A DNA stretch of 64,000 nucleotides, taken from positions 7,765 through 71,764 of the forward strand of contig CAWBBG010000009.1 of NCBI GenBank assembly GCA_963787025.1, written 5' to 3'. The position numbers and the translations under genes were made by a program. Of the stretch, positions 37,435-47,413 are shown piece after piece; position 1 is the stretch's first letter, and every line of letters begins with the position of its first letter. The DNA is from an uncultured Chloroflexia bacterium. GTDB taxonomy: Bacteria; Chloroflexota; Limnocylindria; QHBO01. The notes beneath the pieces are model-generated. The model ran no database searches. It saw only the letters and a list, made by a program, of their open reading frames with translations, and was not told where the DNA came from.

Positions 37435-38607
37435 CTAGAAGAGACCGCGGCCGGGTGGCTGGCTCATGGCCCAGCTCGTGCCCAGCGCCAGGATCGCGAA
37501 GATCACCGCGTAGACCACCACGCGCGCCATGACCGGGAACGGGCGCTCCATGCTCTCGCCGGTGGGCGTGCGCCACATCCCCGCCAGCGTCGTCCCGCCC
37601 GCCGGAGGGACCAGCAGGCCGATGGCCGCACCGGTCAGCAGCCCGCCGACGTGGCCGGTCCAGCTGATGCCGGGAATGCTGAAGGTGAAGACCAGGTTCA
37701 GGACCAGCAGGGTGCCCACCTGCGACAGGATGGCGCGGGCCCTGGGGTTGAGCACCAGGTGCCGGCGTCGCCAGACCAGGAATCCCAGCCCGAAGAGCCC
37801 GAAGATGGCGCCGGATGCGCCGGCCGCTGCCTGCGTCGGCGTCAGGAGGATGGTGAGGACCGAGCCGCCCAGCGCGCAGAGGAGGTAGATGACGAGGTAT
37901 TCGACGTGGCCGTAGAGGTCCTCCATGATCGGGCCGAACAGGTATAGCGCATACATGTTGAAGCCGATGTGCAGCCAGCCCAGGTGGAGGAAGGCGGAGG
38001 TGATCAGCCGCCACCACTCGCCCTGCGCCACGAGCGGCTGGTACACGGCACCGGCATCGACCAGCGGCCCGCCGGAGCTGCCCCAGATATTGCCGAGGCT
38101 TCCCCCCAGCGTGGCATCGATCAGGAAGACAACGACGTTGATGGCGATGAGGCCCCAGGTCACGTAGGCCGCGTAGGTGCCGTAGGCGCCGCGCGCGCGG
38201 TTGAACTGGCGGCGGGCGGCGAGGTCGTGGCCGGTCTCCTTGAGCAGCCACGCGATGCGGTTGGCGATTGCGCCGCGCTCCGCCGGTGGCGCCCGCCGGT
38301 CCGCCTCGCGGTAGGCGGCGACAGCCTCCTCGAGGTTGCCATCCCGGACGTTCTGCTCCGCGACACTCTTCCAGCCCAGCCAGGCGTTCGACGCTCCAAG
38401 GGCGGCCACCTGCTGCCAGGCCACGAGGGCACCCGGCTCGTCGTCGAGCCGGTACCGGGCGCTGCCGATCATGAGCCACGCCTCTCCCGCCAGGTCGTGG
38501 TCGGGATGACCGGTCAGCGACGCGAGAATCCGGATCGCCGCATCGTTGTCGCTGGAGTCGAGGAGGCGCTGCCCCTCGGCCAGGCGCAGGCGGGCTTCAT
38601 CGGTCAT
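37435..38607 (-). CDS. Rhomboid intramembrane serine protease with N-terminal TPR-like domain
   Basis: GEWWRL.TSAFLH.G.LHI.FNM, GASGAIFG (Ser), HVGGL (His); helical repeats in the first ~160 aa. Confidence 0.92.
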   Translation of the reverse strand: MTDEARLRLAEGQRLLDSSDNDAAIRILASLTGHPDHDLAGEAWLMIGSARYRLDDEPGALVAWQQVAALGASNAWLGWKSVAEQNVRDGNLEEAVAAYREADRRAPPAERGAIANRIAWLLKETGHDLAARRQFNRARGAYGTYAAYVTWGLIAINVVVFLIDATLGGSLGNIWGSSGGPLVDAGAVYQPLVAQGEWWRLITSAFLHLGWLHIGFNMYALYLFGPIMEDLYGHVEYLVIYLLCALGGSVLTILLTPTQAAAGASGAIFGLFGLGFLVWRRRHLVLNPRARAILSQVGTLLVLNLVFTFSIPGISWTGHVGGLLTGAAIGLLVPPAGGTTLAGMWRTPTGESMERPFPVMARVVVYAVIFAILALGTSWAMSQPPGRGLF

Positions 38608-38746
38608 GGGGCGGCATTATGCCGGAGATCGGGATCCGGACATGCCACGACCGCCGAGAGATCGGCACCTCGGCGGTCGTCGCACGCCCCCCTGGGGGGA
38701 CGTCAGGCGCTCTGGCGTGGGCGCCGGAGCGCTGCTCGAATGCGGG

Positions 38747-38932
38747 CTACTTGGCCCGGCGCAGGAAGTTCAGAACGTCGTCGTAGCGGAAGCGGCGGTC
38801 GCCGCGCTTGCAGACGCGGAAGAACGGCAGCTCTCCGCGGTCGCCGAGCCGCTTGACCGTGTTCACGTGCAGGTGCAGCATGTCGGCGACCTCGGACGCC
38901 GTCAGCAGCTTCCCCACCTCGTTGGTCATCAT
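38747..38932 (-). CDS. Small excisionase/BldC-like helix-turn-helix DNA-binding protein
   Basis: LLTASEVADMLHLHVNTVKRL.DRGELP.FR...RGDRRFR..DV..FL. Confidence 0.88.
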   Translation of the reverse strand: MMTNEVGKLLTASEVADMLHLHVNTVKRLGDRGELPFFRVCKRGDRRFRYDDVLNFLRRAK

Positions 38933-39082
38933 CGGTTGCGAACTCCCTTGGGCACTTCTGGTGTCGGATCGCGTCGCACGGGTTCGGTGTGGTGGGCGCG
39001 GCTCCTGACTGGATAGTAAGGTTGCGGTGCCGTTTCCCCATCCGGTACTTTCGGTCGAGCGCCAGGAGTACGTTCCTCAGTC

Positions 39083-39475
39083 ATGCCCCCCTTCGACCGC
39101 CACGTCTTCGTCTGCACGGCCGGCGACTGGTGTCCCGCCGTGGACGGCGACGGTATCGGGGTGCATGCCCGACTGAAGGCGCTCGTCAAGGCCCGCGGGC
39201 TCGGCGACCGCGTTCGCGTCAACCGCGCGGGCTGCCTCAGCCAGTGCGGCAACGGACCCATGGCCGTGGTCTACCCCGATGGCGTGTGGTACGCCGCGCT
39301 GAGGCCCGAGGACGCCGCGGAGATCGTGGACCATCACCTGGCAGGGGGCCAGCCGGTGGCGCGCCTCCGGTTCGACCCGCCGACGCCTGGCTCGCACAAG
39401 CTTGAGCGTGGTCCGGACGGACGACCCCGGGGCCGGTCCGCGACGTGGCCTGCCGGGGACAGGCCCGGCCGGTGA
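39083..39475 (+). CDS. Thioredoxin-like [2Fe-2S] ferredoxin
   Basis: HVFVCT.GDWC, RVNRAGCLSQC..GP..VVYPDGVWY, EIVDHHL.GG.PV. Confidence 0.9.
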   Translation: MPPFDRHVFVCTAGDWCPAVDGDGIGVHARLKALVKARGLGDRVRVNRAGCLSQCGNGPMAVVYPDGVWYAALRPEDAAEIVDHHLAGGQPVARLRFDPPTPGSHKLERGPDGRPRGRSATWPAGDRPGR

Positions 39476-40440
39476 GCGAAGCGATCCCCGCGGACGCGGC
39501 ACGGCTCGTCGCCGAGCGGTCGGCTGCGCGGGCGTCACGCGACTATGCCCGCGCCGACGCGCTCCGGGAGCAGCTGCTCGCAATCGGCTGGGAGGTCGTC
39601 GACGGCCCGTCCAAGAGCACCCTGCGGCCTGCGCTGCAGGCGGCAGCTCCGGAGCAGGTCGGCTACGCTCGCGCCGAGGACATGGCCAGCCTCCTCGATC
39701 AACCCGCGACCGTGGCTGTCACGCTTGTCGTCCTGGCCGACGAGCATGCCGACGACCTGGTCCGCTTCGCAGCCGGCCTCGCCGCGCATCCACCGGCATC
39801 CTCCTGGGAGCTGATCGTGGTGGCCAACGCGCCGTCGTTCGACCTCGACGGGGCGCTCGGGGTGGGCCGGCTCCCCGTCGCGCCTGTCGTCCTGCGCACC
39901 AGCCAGCGGCTGGGATGGGCGGAGGCGGTCAACCTTGGCCTGCGTCGCGCCCGCGGTGGAGCGGTGATCCTGCTCGACACATCGATCGAGCCGATCGGCG
40001 AATTCTGCGGGCCGCTGCTCACCCTGCTGCAGCAGCCCGGCGTGGGGATCGCCGGCGGCTACGGCCTGCGCTCCACCGATCTCCGCGAGTTCACCGATGC
40101 CCCTCCCGGCGAGGTGGACGCCGTGGAGGGGTATTGCCTCGCGGTACGGCGCGAGGTGCTGCGCGATGTCGGTGGCTTCGACCACCACTTCCGCTTCTAC
40201 CGCAACGCGGATATCGATTTCAGCTTCGCCGTGCGCGCCGCAGGCTGGCGCGCCCTGCGCAGCGGGCCACTGGCGCTGGAGCGACATGAGCATCGCGGCT
40301 ACACGGCGCTGCCCGAGGCGGAGCGCGATCGTCTCAGCCGGCGCAACTTCTACCGCTTCCTCAAGCACTGGGGCGATCGCCCGGACCTGCTGCTCGCTCC
40401 CGGCCCGTGGCCGCCTCCCCGTCGTGACCGCCCCGCCTGA
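39472..40440 (+). CDS. Family-2 glycosyltransferase with N-terminal CysRS-anticodon-domain-like module
   Basis: GTGA overlap; N-terminal LVAERSAARASRDYARADALREQLLAIGWEVVDG; GT2 features ELIVVAN, LGWAEAVNLG, ILLDTS, VEGYCLAVRR, FYRNADIDFS. Confidence 0.85.
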   Translation: MSEAIPADAARLVAERSAARASRDYARADALREQLLAIGWEVVDGPSKSTLRPALQAAAPEQVGYARAEDMASLLDQPATVAVTLVVLADEHADDLVRFAAGLAAHPPASSWELIVVANAPSFDLDGALGVGRLPVAPVVLRTSQRLGWAEAVNLGLRRARGGAVILLDTSIEPIGEFCGPLLTLLQQPGVGIAGGYGLRSTDLREFTDAPPGEVDAVEGYCLAVRREVLRDVGGFDHHFRFYRNADIDFSFAVRAAGWRALRSGPLALERHEHRGYTALPEAERDRLSRRNFYRFLKHWGDRPDLLLAPGPWPPPRRDRPA

Positions 40441-40822
40441 GCCACCCGAGCAGGTCCTCTCCTGCGACGCGCCGGGCACGGACGTACCGTCCCACCGGGT
40501 TCACGTCGTGCCGTGGCTGCGGGGGCTCGGATCGCGCCTGCTGCTGCCGAACTGGCTCGCGATCACCCTGGGCCACCACGTCGTCACCTGGCGTTCGCTG
40601 CGTCCGGACGAGCTGGCCCATGAGCTCGAGCATGTCCGCCAGTGGAAGCGGTTCGGATCACGTTTCGCGGCGCGCTACCTGCGGGCGTCGTGCCGATCCT
40701 GGCGTGCGGGGACGGGATGGTATGCGGGCAACCGCTTCGAGGTGGCGGCACGGACCGCGGCGCGGACCGCGGCGGCGCGCGCGAGGGCCGTCAACAGCCA
40801 TCCGCAGGATCCGCCCCGCTAG
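40424..40822 (+). CDS. Small HExxH (DUF4157-like) zinc-metallopeptidase-type protein
   Basis: AITLGHHV, LAHELEHVRQW, YLRAS, NRFEVAA; overlaps the GT2 3' end. Confidence 0.75.
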   Translation: MTAPPEPPEQVLSCDAPGTDVPSHRVHVVPWLRGLGSRLLLPNWLAITLGHHVVTWRSLRPDELAHELEHVRQWKRFGSRFAARYLRASCRSWRAGTGWYAGNRFEVAARTAARTAAARARAVNSHPQDPPR

Positions 40823-41124
40823 CGGTGCCCCTCAAGACAGGTGCAGCCGGCGGGCCCCACCACCGCCGAATGGCGCGTCCCCGCCGGCAGGACGAATCCC
40901 TCCCCGGGGTGAAGCTCCAGCGCCGCGCCGTCGTCGAGCAGGAAGCTGATGGAGCCCGCAGCGCACATGAGCAGCTTGGTGAAGCCGTGCTCGTGGGCGG
41001 CGTACCGATCACCGGGCCCGTTCGACCAGGCATACGGCTCGACACCGGCGGCGCGCAGGAACCGCTTGACCGAGGTGCGATCCGGCGTCTCCCCCGCCGG
41101 CAGTCGAAGCGACTCGAGGCTCAT
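40819..41124 (-). CDS. Cupin domain protein
   Basis: WSNGPGDRYAAHEH, LELHPGEGFVLPAGTRHSA; ATG overlaps the upstream TGA. Confidence 0.85.
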   Translation of the reverse strand: MSLESLRLPAGETPDRTSVKRFLRAAGVEPYAWSNGPGDRYAAHEHGFTKLLMCAAGSISFLLDDGAALELHPGEGFVLPAGTRHSAVVGPAGCTCLEGHR

Positions 41125-42870
41125 TTGACGACGAGGACGGCGTGGCCCTCCAACCGGCCCGAGTCGACCCTGCCTGCCGCGGCAAGGTAGTCGAACGGCG
41201 CGATCCACTGGCCCGCGGCCTGCGGGATCGTCGATGCCCATGGCCCCTTCGACGGCTGTGCGGATTGCAGCGAGGTCGAGCCAGGTCATCCCGGTGTTCG
41301 ACGCTCCGCCGACCGCATCCACCGCAGCCTTGAAGCGCGCCTGTTCGGCGAGCGAGTCCGCGGCGGTCATGTCGAGCACCCGGGCCACGAAGGAAGTGCC
41401 GGTCCCGATCACCACCCGCGTGTCGGTCACCGCGTACTGGATCGTCCCGGCCCACTGTTCGGCCGCCGGCACACCCGCGAAGGTGATGGTCGTGATCCTC
41501 GTCCCACCGTGATCGGTGTCGGTCACCGTCACGGCCGGGCCACCGCCCGAGCCGCTCAGCTGCAGGAGACCCTGGAGCTGGAGCAGGCGGACGCTCGCCT
41601 CGTGCGCATCGGTGGGGGTGATGATGATCCCCGCGTACGGCTCGCTTTCGCTGATGCCGGCCACGATTGCCGCGTCGCCGATCCACGACACGACCGACGA
41701 CAGATCGCCCCCCAGGAGCGACTGCAGCTGCTGGAGCTGGTCGGCCGGTACGCTCGTTCCCAGGGCCTGTGTCAGGGCGCCCATCGACGCGGCCAGGCTG
41801 GTGCCGACGTTACCGGCATCCGCGAACAGGAAGGCGTCCGCCGGCGCGGCCGCCGCAAGCCCGTAGTCCCGGTTCTCGAGGCTTGATCCGCTGGGCAGCG
41901 CGCTGCTCTCGTCCATCACCAGCCGGTCGCCCTCGATGCGCGCGCTGCCCATGAAGAACTGCGAGCCCTGGGCGCTCAGCGCGTCGAAGAGCGAAGCCGC
42001 GGACGGAGCAGCCGACGCGATCGCCGGCTGCAGCTGATCGAGGATGGGCGCCGTGTCGACGCTGAATGTCGCCACCCGATCTGCCGGGAGGCGCGCAAGC
42101 CCGTCCTTGAACTCCTGCCGCCCCGCGAGCGACGGTTGGCTGCCGGCATGGACATCGAGCGCAGAGGCCACCAGGTCACTGCTGGTGCCCACCACGACCT
42201 CGTCATCGGTCACCGTCCAGGCGAGGGCCAGGCTGATGCCGGCGGACGACGTGGGTGGCAGGGACCAGATCGTGAAACCGCCGTGGGTGGTGCTGCTGAT
42301 TCCAGTCGCGCCGCTCCCCGTTCGAATCCGGTCGAGTGCGCTGCGCGCCGCCTCGGCGTCCTTGACGCCGGCGAACACGAGCATATCCGGCATGGCGGCC
42401 GCCGCCTGTGTCGGGTTGGTGATCTTCGGCCATCCGATCATGGCCGCAGCCAGGCTGCCGTCGAACCAGGGCTTCAGATCCGTCGTGTAGTGCAGGCCGC
42501 TCGGCTGGGCGGACGCCCCGCCGTCAAGCAGCGTGTCCAGCCCGTCGCCGAGGATCGTGCTCGCCGCCTGGTCCGGGAAGTGGCCCAGGAGCGTCTCGAA
42601 GTTCGTCCGCTGGTCGCCGGGGAGGTCAAGCCGCAGCTCGTAGTACATGGAGGCATTGGCCGGCACGTACCCGGCGGCGGCGCTCGCGGCGCCCCCGGTG
42701 CGCCGGCTGTTGATGGTGAACCCCGCGACGAGGCCAATCAGCATGGCGAGGACGACGACGGCAACGACGGCGGCCACCAGCCAGCGCGGCCGCGCCGTGG
42801 CACGGGACGGCCGGCCCATCCCCATGGGCTCCGGCCGTGGCGTCTGCGGTGGTAGCGAGTCGGTGATCAC
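41121..42870 (-). CDS. Membrane-anchored DUF3352-like protein, frameshifted near 41225
   Basis: GGAGG then GTG at 42870; TM helix; AAAGYVPANA.MY.E, DLKPWFDG; C-terminus WIAPFDYLAAAG...HAVLVVK* in the adjacent frame ends at 41121. Confidence 0.75.
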
Positions 42871-43037
42871 GTGTGTCCCTCCTGTCATGGACCGCGCGAC
42901 CCCCGGGGGTCGCCGGGACAGCATAGGCCGGTTCGGCCGAGGGCGCGCATCCCCCAAAGGTCACGATCCGGCGGGCCTGCGGCGGGGTGCTAGAGTCCAC
43001 CCTCCGCGCCCAGCCTGCTCGCCACCACGGAGGATCG

Positions 43038-43883
43038 ATGCCCGAGCCGACCGGCCCCTTCGTGCTTGCCGGGCTCGCCTCCGCGGCATCGTTCGGGGCC
43101 GGAGACTTTGCCGGCGGACTCGCCACGCGACGGGCGAGCGGCCTGGCCGTGGCAGCCGGCGCCCAGCTGGTGGGATGCGTGCTCCTGGTCGGCCTGCTGG
43201 CCGTCGTCCGACCACCGGCTCCCGGACCGTCGTCGCTCGCCCTGGGCCTGGCGGCGGGCGTGGTCGGCGCGATCGGGGTCGCGTCGCTCTACCGCGCGCT
43301 TGCCATCGGCGCGATGGGGCTGGTCGCCGCCGTGTCCGGCGCTGGGACCGTGGCGGTTCCGCTCCTGGCGAGCCTCTTCCTCCTGGGCGGCGGCATCCGC
43401 CCCCTTCAGCTGGGCGGCGTGGCCTGCGTGGTCGCCGCCGTGCTCGCCGCGAGCGGCGCGGCGCGGAGCCGGGCCTCGCGCAGGGCCATTGGCCTGGCAC
43501 TCCTGGCCGCCCTGGCCTTCGGCTTCTGGTACGTGCTGCTCGACCGCGCGGCAGCGGCCGAAGGGCTGTGGGCGCTCACCAGCAGCCGCGTTTCCGGGAC
43601 GGCGTTCATGCTCGTCCTGGCGGGCCTGCGGGGAAGCCTGTCCTCCATCCGACGCACCCGTTTGCTGGTGACCACCAGCGGTGCCTTCGACGTGACCGGC
43701 AACGCCCTGTTCGTCCTCGCACGGGGCGGGCTACCGGTGGGGCTGGCGGCAGCCCTCTCGGGCATCTATCCGCTGGTCACCATGCTCCTGGCCCGCACGG
43801 TCCTGGGCGAGCGGCTGCCACGCCTCGGGTTGGCCGGCGTGGCCCTTGCCCTGGCGGGGATCGTCCTGATCTCGATCGGTTGA
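43038..43883 (+). CDS. EamA/DMT family transporter
   Basis: GGAGG RBS; FGAGDFAGGLATRR, D.TGNALF, LSGIYPLVT.LLAR.VLGERL; about 10 TM. Confidence 0.88.
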   Translation: MPEPTGPFVLAGLASAASFGAGDFAGGLATRRASGLAVAAGAQLVGCVLLVGLLAVVRPPAPGPSSLALGLAAGVVGAIGVASLYRALAIGAMGLVAAVSGAGTVAVPLLASLFLLGGGIRPLQLGGVACVVAAVLAASGAARSRASRRAIGLALLAALAFGFWYVLLDRAAAAEGLWALTSSRVSGTAFMLVLAGLRGSLSSIRRTRLLVTTSGAFDVTGNALFVLARGGLPVGLAAALSGIYPLVTMLLARTVLGERLPRLGLAGVALALAGIVLISIG

Positions 43884-43949
43884 GAAGACAGTCGTTGGCG
43901 GTCAGCCCCCTAAGCGGGGAAGCCGCTTCCGTTGGTGACCGTGGGGCGT

Positions 43950-43990
43950 CGTGCGGGGCGTGGCCGTGCGGGGCGGGGTCGTGCGGGGCG
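43950..43990. repeat. Three 15-bp-period copies of CGTGCGGGGCG in the intergenic region
   Basis: Copies at 43950, 43965 and 43980, preceded by a partial CGTGGGGCG. Confidence 0.75.
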
Positions 43991-44137
43991 ACATGCGGAA
44001 TCCTCCACGGTGGCGCGGCCCGGTGCCTGTCACCGGTCGACACACCACGAGCCAAGGAGACCGCTGCGGCCCTTATCTGCCGCTTACCGCGCGCTTACTC
44101 GACCCGCCCCATCGGCCGCTATGATGCGAATCGCCCC

Positions 44138-46406
44138 ATGACCTTCGACCGCGTCGCCATCGTCTCCGGAGCGCTCGACGCCTTCCTGGCCGAGGTCCGC
44201 CCCGCGACGGCCACGCTCGCGCGGGACGCGACGCTCCGCCCGGGGGGATCGCTCACCGTGCGACGCGCCATCGGGCTCTTCGAGGACCAGGTCGCCAGCC
44301 GCGTTCTCGACGTGGCCTCCCGGGAGCTGAAGAAGACCGACCGCAGCTTCTACACCATCGGCTCGGCCGGCCACGAGAACAACGCCGTGCTGGGCGCACG
44401 GCTGCGGATCACCGATCCGGCCTTCCTCCACTACCGCTCCGGTGCGTTCATGATGGCCCGCGCCCGGCAGCTCCCCGGTTCGACGCCCGCTCTTCGACAC
44501 CCTCCTGGGGATGGTTGCCTCCTCCGAGGATCCGATCGCCCAGGGACGGCACAAGGTCTGGGGCAGCCGCGCCCTCTGGGTGCCGCCGCAGACGTCGACC
44601 ATCGCCAGCCACCTCCCCAAGGCCATGGGCCTGGCGTTCTCGCTGGCGCGCGCGCGGCGGCTGGGCGTCGGGGGCGAGTTGCCCGCCGACGCCATCGTCA
44701 TGGCCTCCTTCGGCGACGCGTCGGCGAACCACGCCACCGCCCTGTCCGCGTTCAACACCGCCCGCTACGCGGCGAAGATCGGCCTGCCGATGCCCATCCT
44801 CTTCGTCTGCGAGGACAACGGCACCGGGATCAGCATGCCCACCCCGGCCGGCTGGATCGCCGAGACCTTCGCGAACCAGCCGCACCTGCGCTACTGGCAC
44901 GCGGAGGGCGAGCTCGACGAGATCTGGGAGACCGCCGGGGAGGCCATCGACTTCGTGCGCAACGCGCGCCGTCCGGCCTTCCTGCACCTGCGGACCGTGC
45001 GGCTCTGGGGCCACGCCGGAAGCGACGCCGAGCACGTGTACCGCGAGCTCCACGAGATTGCCGCGATCGAGGCCCGCGACCCTGTCCTCCACAACGCGCG
45101 ACGCCTGGTCGAGTCCGGCGCCGCCACGCCGGATGAGCTCAAGCGTCTGGTCCGCGACCTGCGTGAGCGGGTGGCGGCCGCGGCGGACGAGGCCGCGCGC
45201 CGGCCACGCCTCACGACCACGACGCAGGTGATCGCCACGCTGGCGCCCGATCACCCGGACCGCGTCGCGACCCGTGCCGCCCTGCCGGTGCTCGATGCGG
45301 ACGCGCGGCGCGCGGCATGGGAGGGATCCCTGCCGGAGGACGCCACCGCCCCGAACGCGCACACGCTTGCCGGGCTCATCAACGCCGCGCTGGCCGACGA
45401 GATGGCGCGCCGTCCGGAGATCATCGTGTTCGGGGAGGACGTGGCCCGCAAGGGCGGCGTCTACAACGTGACCCACGGGCTCCAGCGCCGCTTCGGCGCG
45501 GGGCGCGTGTTCGACACGCTCCTCGACGAAACGTCGATCCTGGGGATCGCCCAGGGGGCGGCCCACATCGGCCTCCTCCCGATCCCCGAGATCCAGTACC
45601 TGGCCTACATCCACAACGCGCTGGACCAGATTCGCGGCGAGGCAGCCTCGCTGCAGTTCTTCAGCTCCGGCCAGTTCCGCAACCCCATGGTCGTGCGCAT
45701 CGCGTCGCTCGCCTATCAGAAGGGGTTCGGCGGCCACTTCCACAACGACAACAGCATTGGCGCCCTGCGCGACATTCCCGGCCTGGTGATCGCCTGCCCG
45801 TCACGCGGCGACGATGCCGCCCGCATGCTCCGTGGTGCGATCGCCATGGCCCTCGAGGACGGGCGGATCGTGGCCTTCCTGGAGCCGATTGCCCTCTACC
45901 ACGAGAAGGACCTCCAGGAACCTGGCGACGCGGGCTGGCTGTTCGCCTATCCGCCGCCCCCGGAGGTGCTGCTGCCCGGCGAGGTGGGCGTCTACGAGCC
46001 CGATGGCGCCGCCCCCGACGATCGCGCGGACATCCTGCTCGTCAGCTACGCCAACGGCCTGCGCCTCTCGCTGCAGGCCCAGCGACGCCTGGCAGCCGAA
46101 CATCGCGTGCGCGCCCGCGTCATCGACCTGCGCTGGCTGAACCCGCTCCCCGTCGCGGCGCTGCGCGAGGCGGCGGAGCATACCGACGCGGTGCTGGTCG
46201 TGGACGAGTGCCGCGCCACCGGCGGTGGCGTGGCCGACGCGATCATCGCGGATCTCGCCGAGCACCGGGCCGGCGATCGGCTGGCATCGGTCCGCGCGTT
46301 CGACTCGTTCGTGCCGCTAGGCCCGGCCACTGAGACGGTCCTGGTGGGCATCGACCAGATCATGGCCGCGGCGCTCGCCGCGGTGCCGGGGGGGACCGGC
46401 GCATGA
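44138..46406 (+). CDS. ThDP-dependent 2-oxoacid dehydrogenase E1, fused alpha+beta, frameshifted near 44490
   Basis: FYTIGSAGHE, HYRSG, FGDASAN...CEDNG ThDP motif, GHAGSD, VFGEDV, DTLLDE, EIQY, HFHND, FLEPIALY. Confidence 0.9.
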
Positions 46407-47413
46407 GCCGCGCGCTCCTCGTTTTCCCCGGCCGCGGGTCATACACGTCGGCCAGCCTGGGGTCGCTCGATCCTCACCAGCCCCTGGTTCGGCAGGCGGA
46501 GGAGATCCGGGCCCGCTACGACCTGCCCTCGCTGGTGAGCCTCGACGCCGCCGAGCGGTTCGATCCCAAGGTCCACCTGGCACCGGCGAACGCCTCCCCG
46601 CTCACCTACCTCGTGTCACTCATCGACGCCGGCACCCTCCCGCCCGAGACGGAGCCGGTGGTGGCGGTCGGCAACTCGCTGGGCTGGTACACCGCGCTCG
46701 CGGCCGCCGGCGCGCTCTCCTTCGAGGATGGGTTCCGCCTCGTCCAGGAGATGAGCCTGCTTCAGGAGGCACCCCTGCCGGCCGGCGGTCCGGGCGGCCA
46801 GGTCATCTATCCCGTGGCCGGCGCCGACTGGCGCCCGGACCCGACGCTGGAGGGCGCCATCATCGGAGCCCTGCGCGGCGCCGAGCTGGCGCACGTGCAG
46901 GCGCATCCCAGCATCGACCTGGGCGGCTACGCGGTCCTGGCCGGGGACGAAGCAGGCGTGGCGGCGCTCATCGAGCGGTTGCCGCCCGTGCATATCGGCG
47001 AGCGCCTGTATCCCCTTCGCCTGGCCCTCCACGGGCCGTACCACACGCCGCTCGTGGAACACGTGTCCATAGAGGCCCGGGAGCGCCTGGCCGCGCTCAG
47101 CTGGCAGCTGCCGCGCATCGCGCTGGTCGACGGGCGTGGCGTGCGCTGGTCCCCCTGGTCCACGGACCCGGCCGCCCTCCGCGACTACACGCTGGGCGAG
47201 CAGGTCACCACGCCATTCGACTTCGCGACCGCGGTGCGGGTGGCGCTCCGCGAGTGGGCGCCGGACCGGCTGGTCCTGCCGGGACCCGGCAACTCGCTGG
47301 GGGGCATCTGCGGGCAGATCCTGGTTCGCGAGGGGTATCGGCAGATCCGCAGCCGTGCCGACTTCGAGGCGGTCCAGCGCTCGAGCCCGCTCATCCTCTC
47401 CATGCGCCGATGA
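46403..47413 (+). CDS. FabD-like (ACP S-acyltransferase fold) protein
   Basis: ATGA overlap with E1; VFPGRGS, GNSLGWY, GPYHT, LPGPG. Confidence 0.85.
   Translation: MSRALLVFPGRGSYTSASLGSLDPHQPLVRQAEEIRARYDLPSLVSLDAAERFDPKVHLAPANASPLTYLVSLIDAGTLPPETEPVVAVGNSLGWYTALAAAGALSFEDGFRLVQEMSLLQEAPLPAGGPGGQVIYPVAGADWRPDPTLEGAIIGALRGAELAHVQAHPSIDLGGYAVLAGDEAGVAALIERLPPVHIGERLYPLRLALHGPYHTPLVEHVSIEARERLAALSWQLPRIALVDGRGVRWSPWSTDPAALRDYTLGEQVTTPFDFATAVRVALREWAPDRLVLPGPGNSLGGICGQILVREGYRQIRSRADFEAVQRSSPLILSMRR

Noticed and set aside
38747-38932. Prophage excisionase marking a prophage
   Set aside because: No integrase, structural or replication genes, or att repeats nearby
40819-42957. 712-aa DUF3352-cupin fusion in the ORF track
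   Set aside because: A natural DUF3352 C-terminus (WIAPFDYL...LVVK*) lies in the adjacent frame and its TGA overlaps the cupin ATG; the joining segment is off-frame junk from an indel near 41225
43777-44055. Minus-strand ORF with APH repeats
   Set aside because: Overlaps the EamA 3' end, has no RBS or domain, and is simply a translation of the DNA repeat
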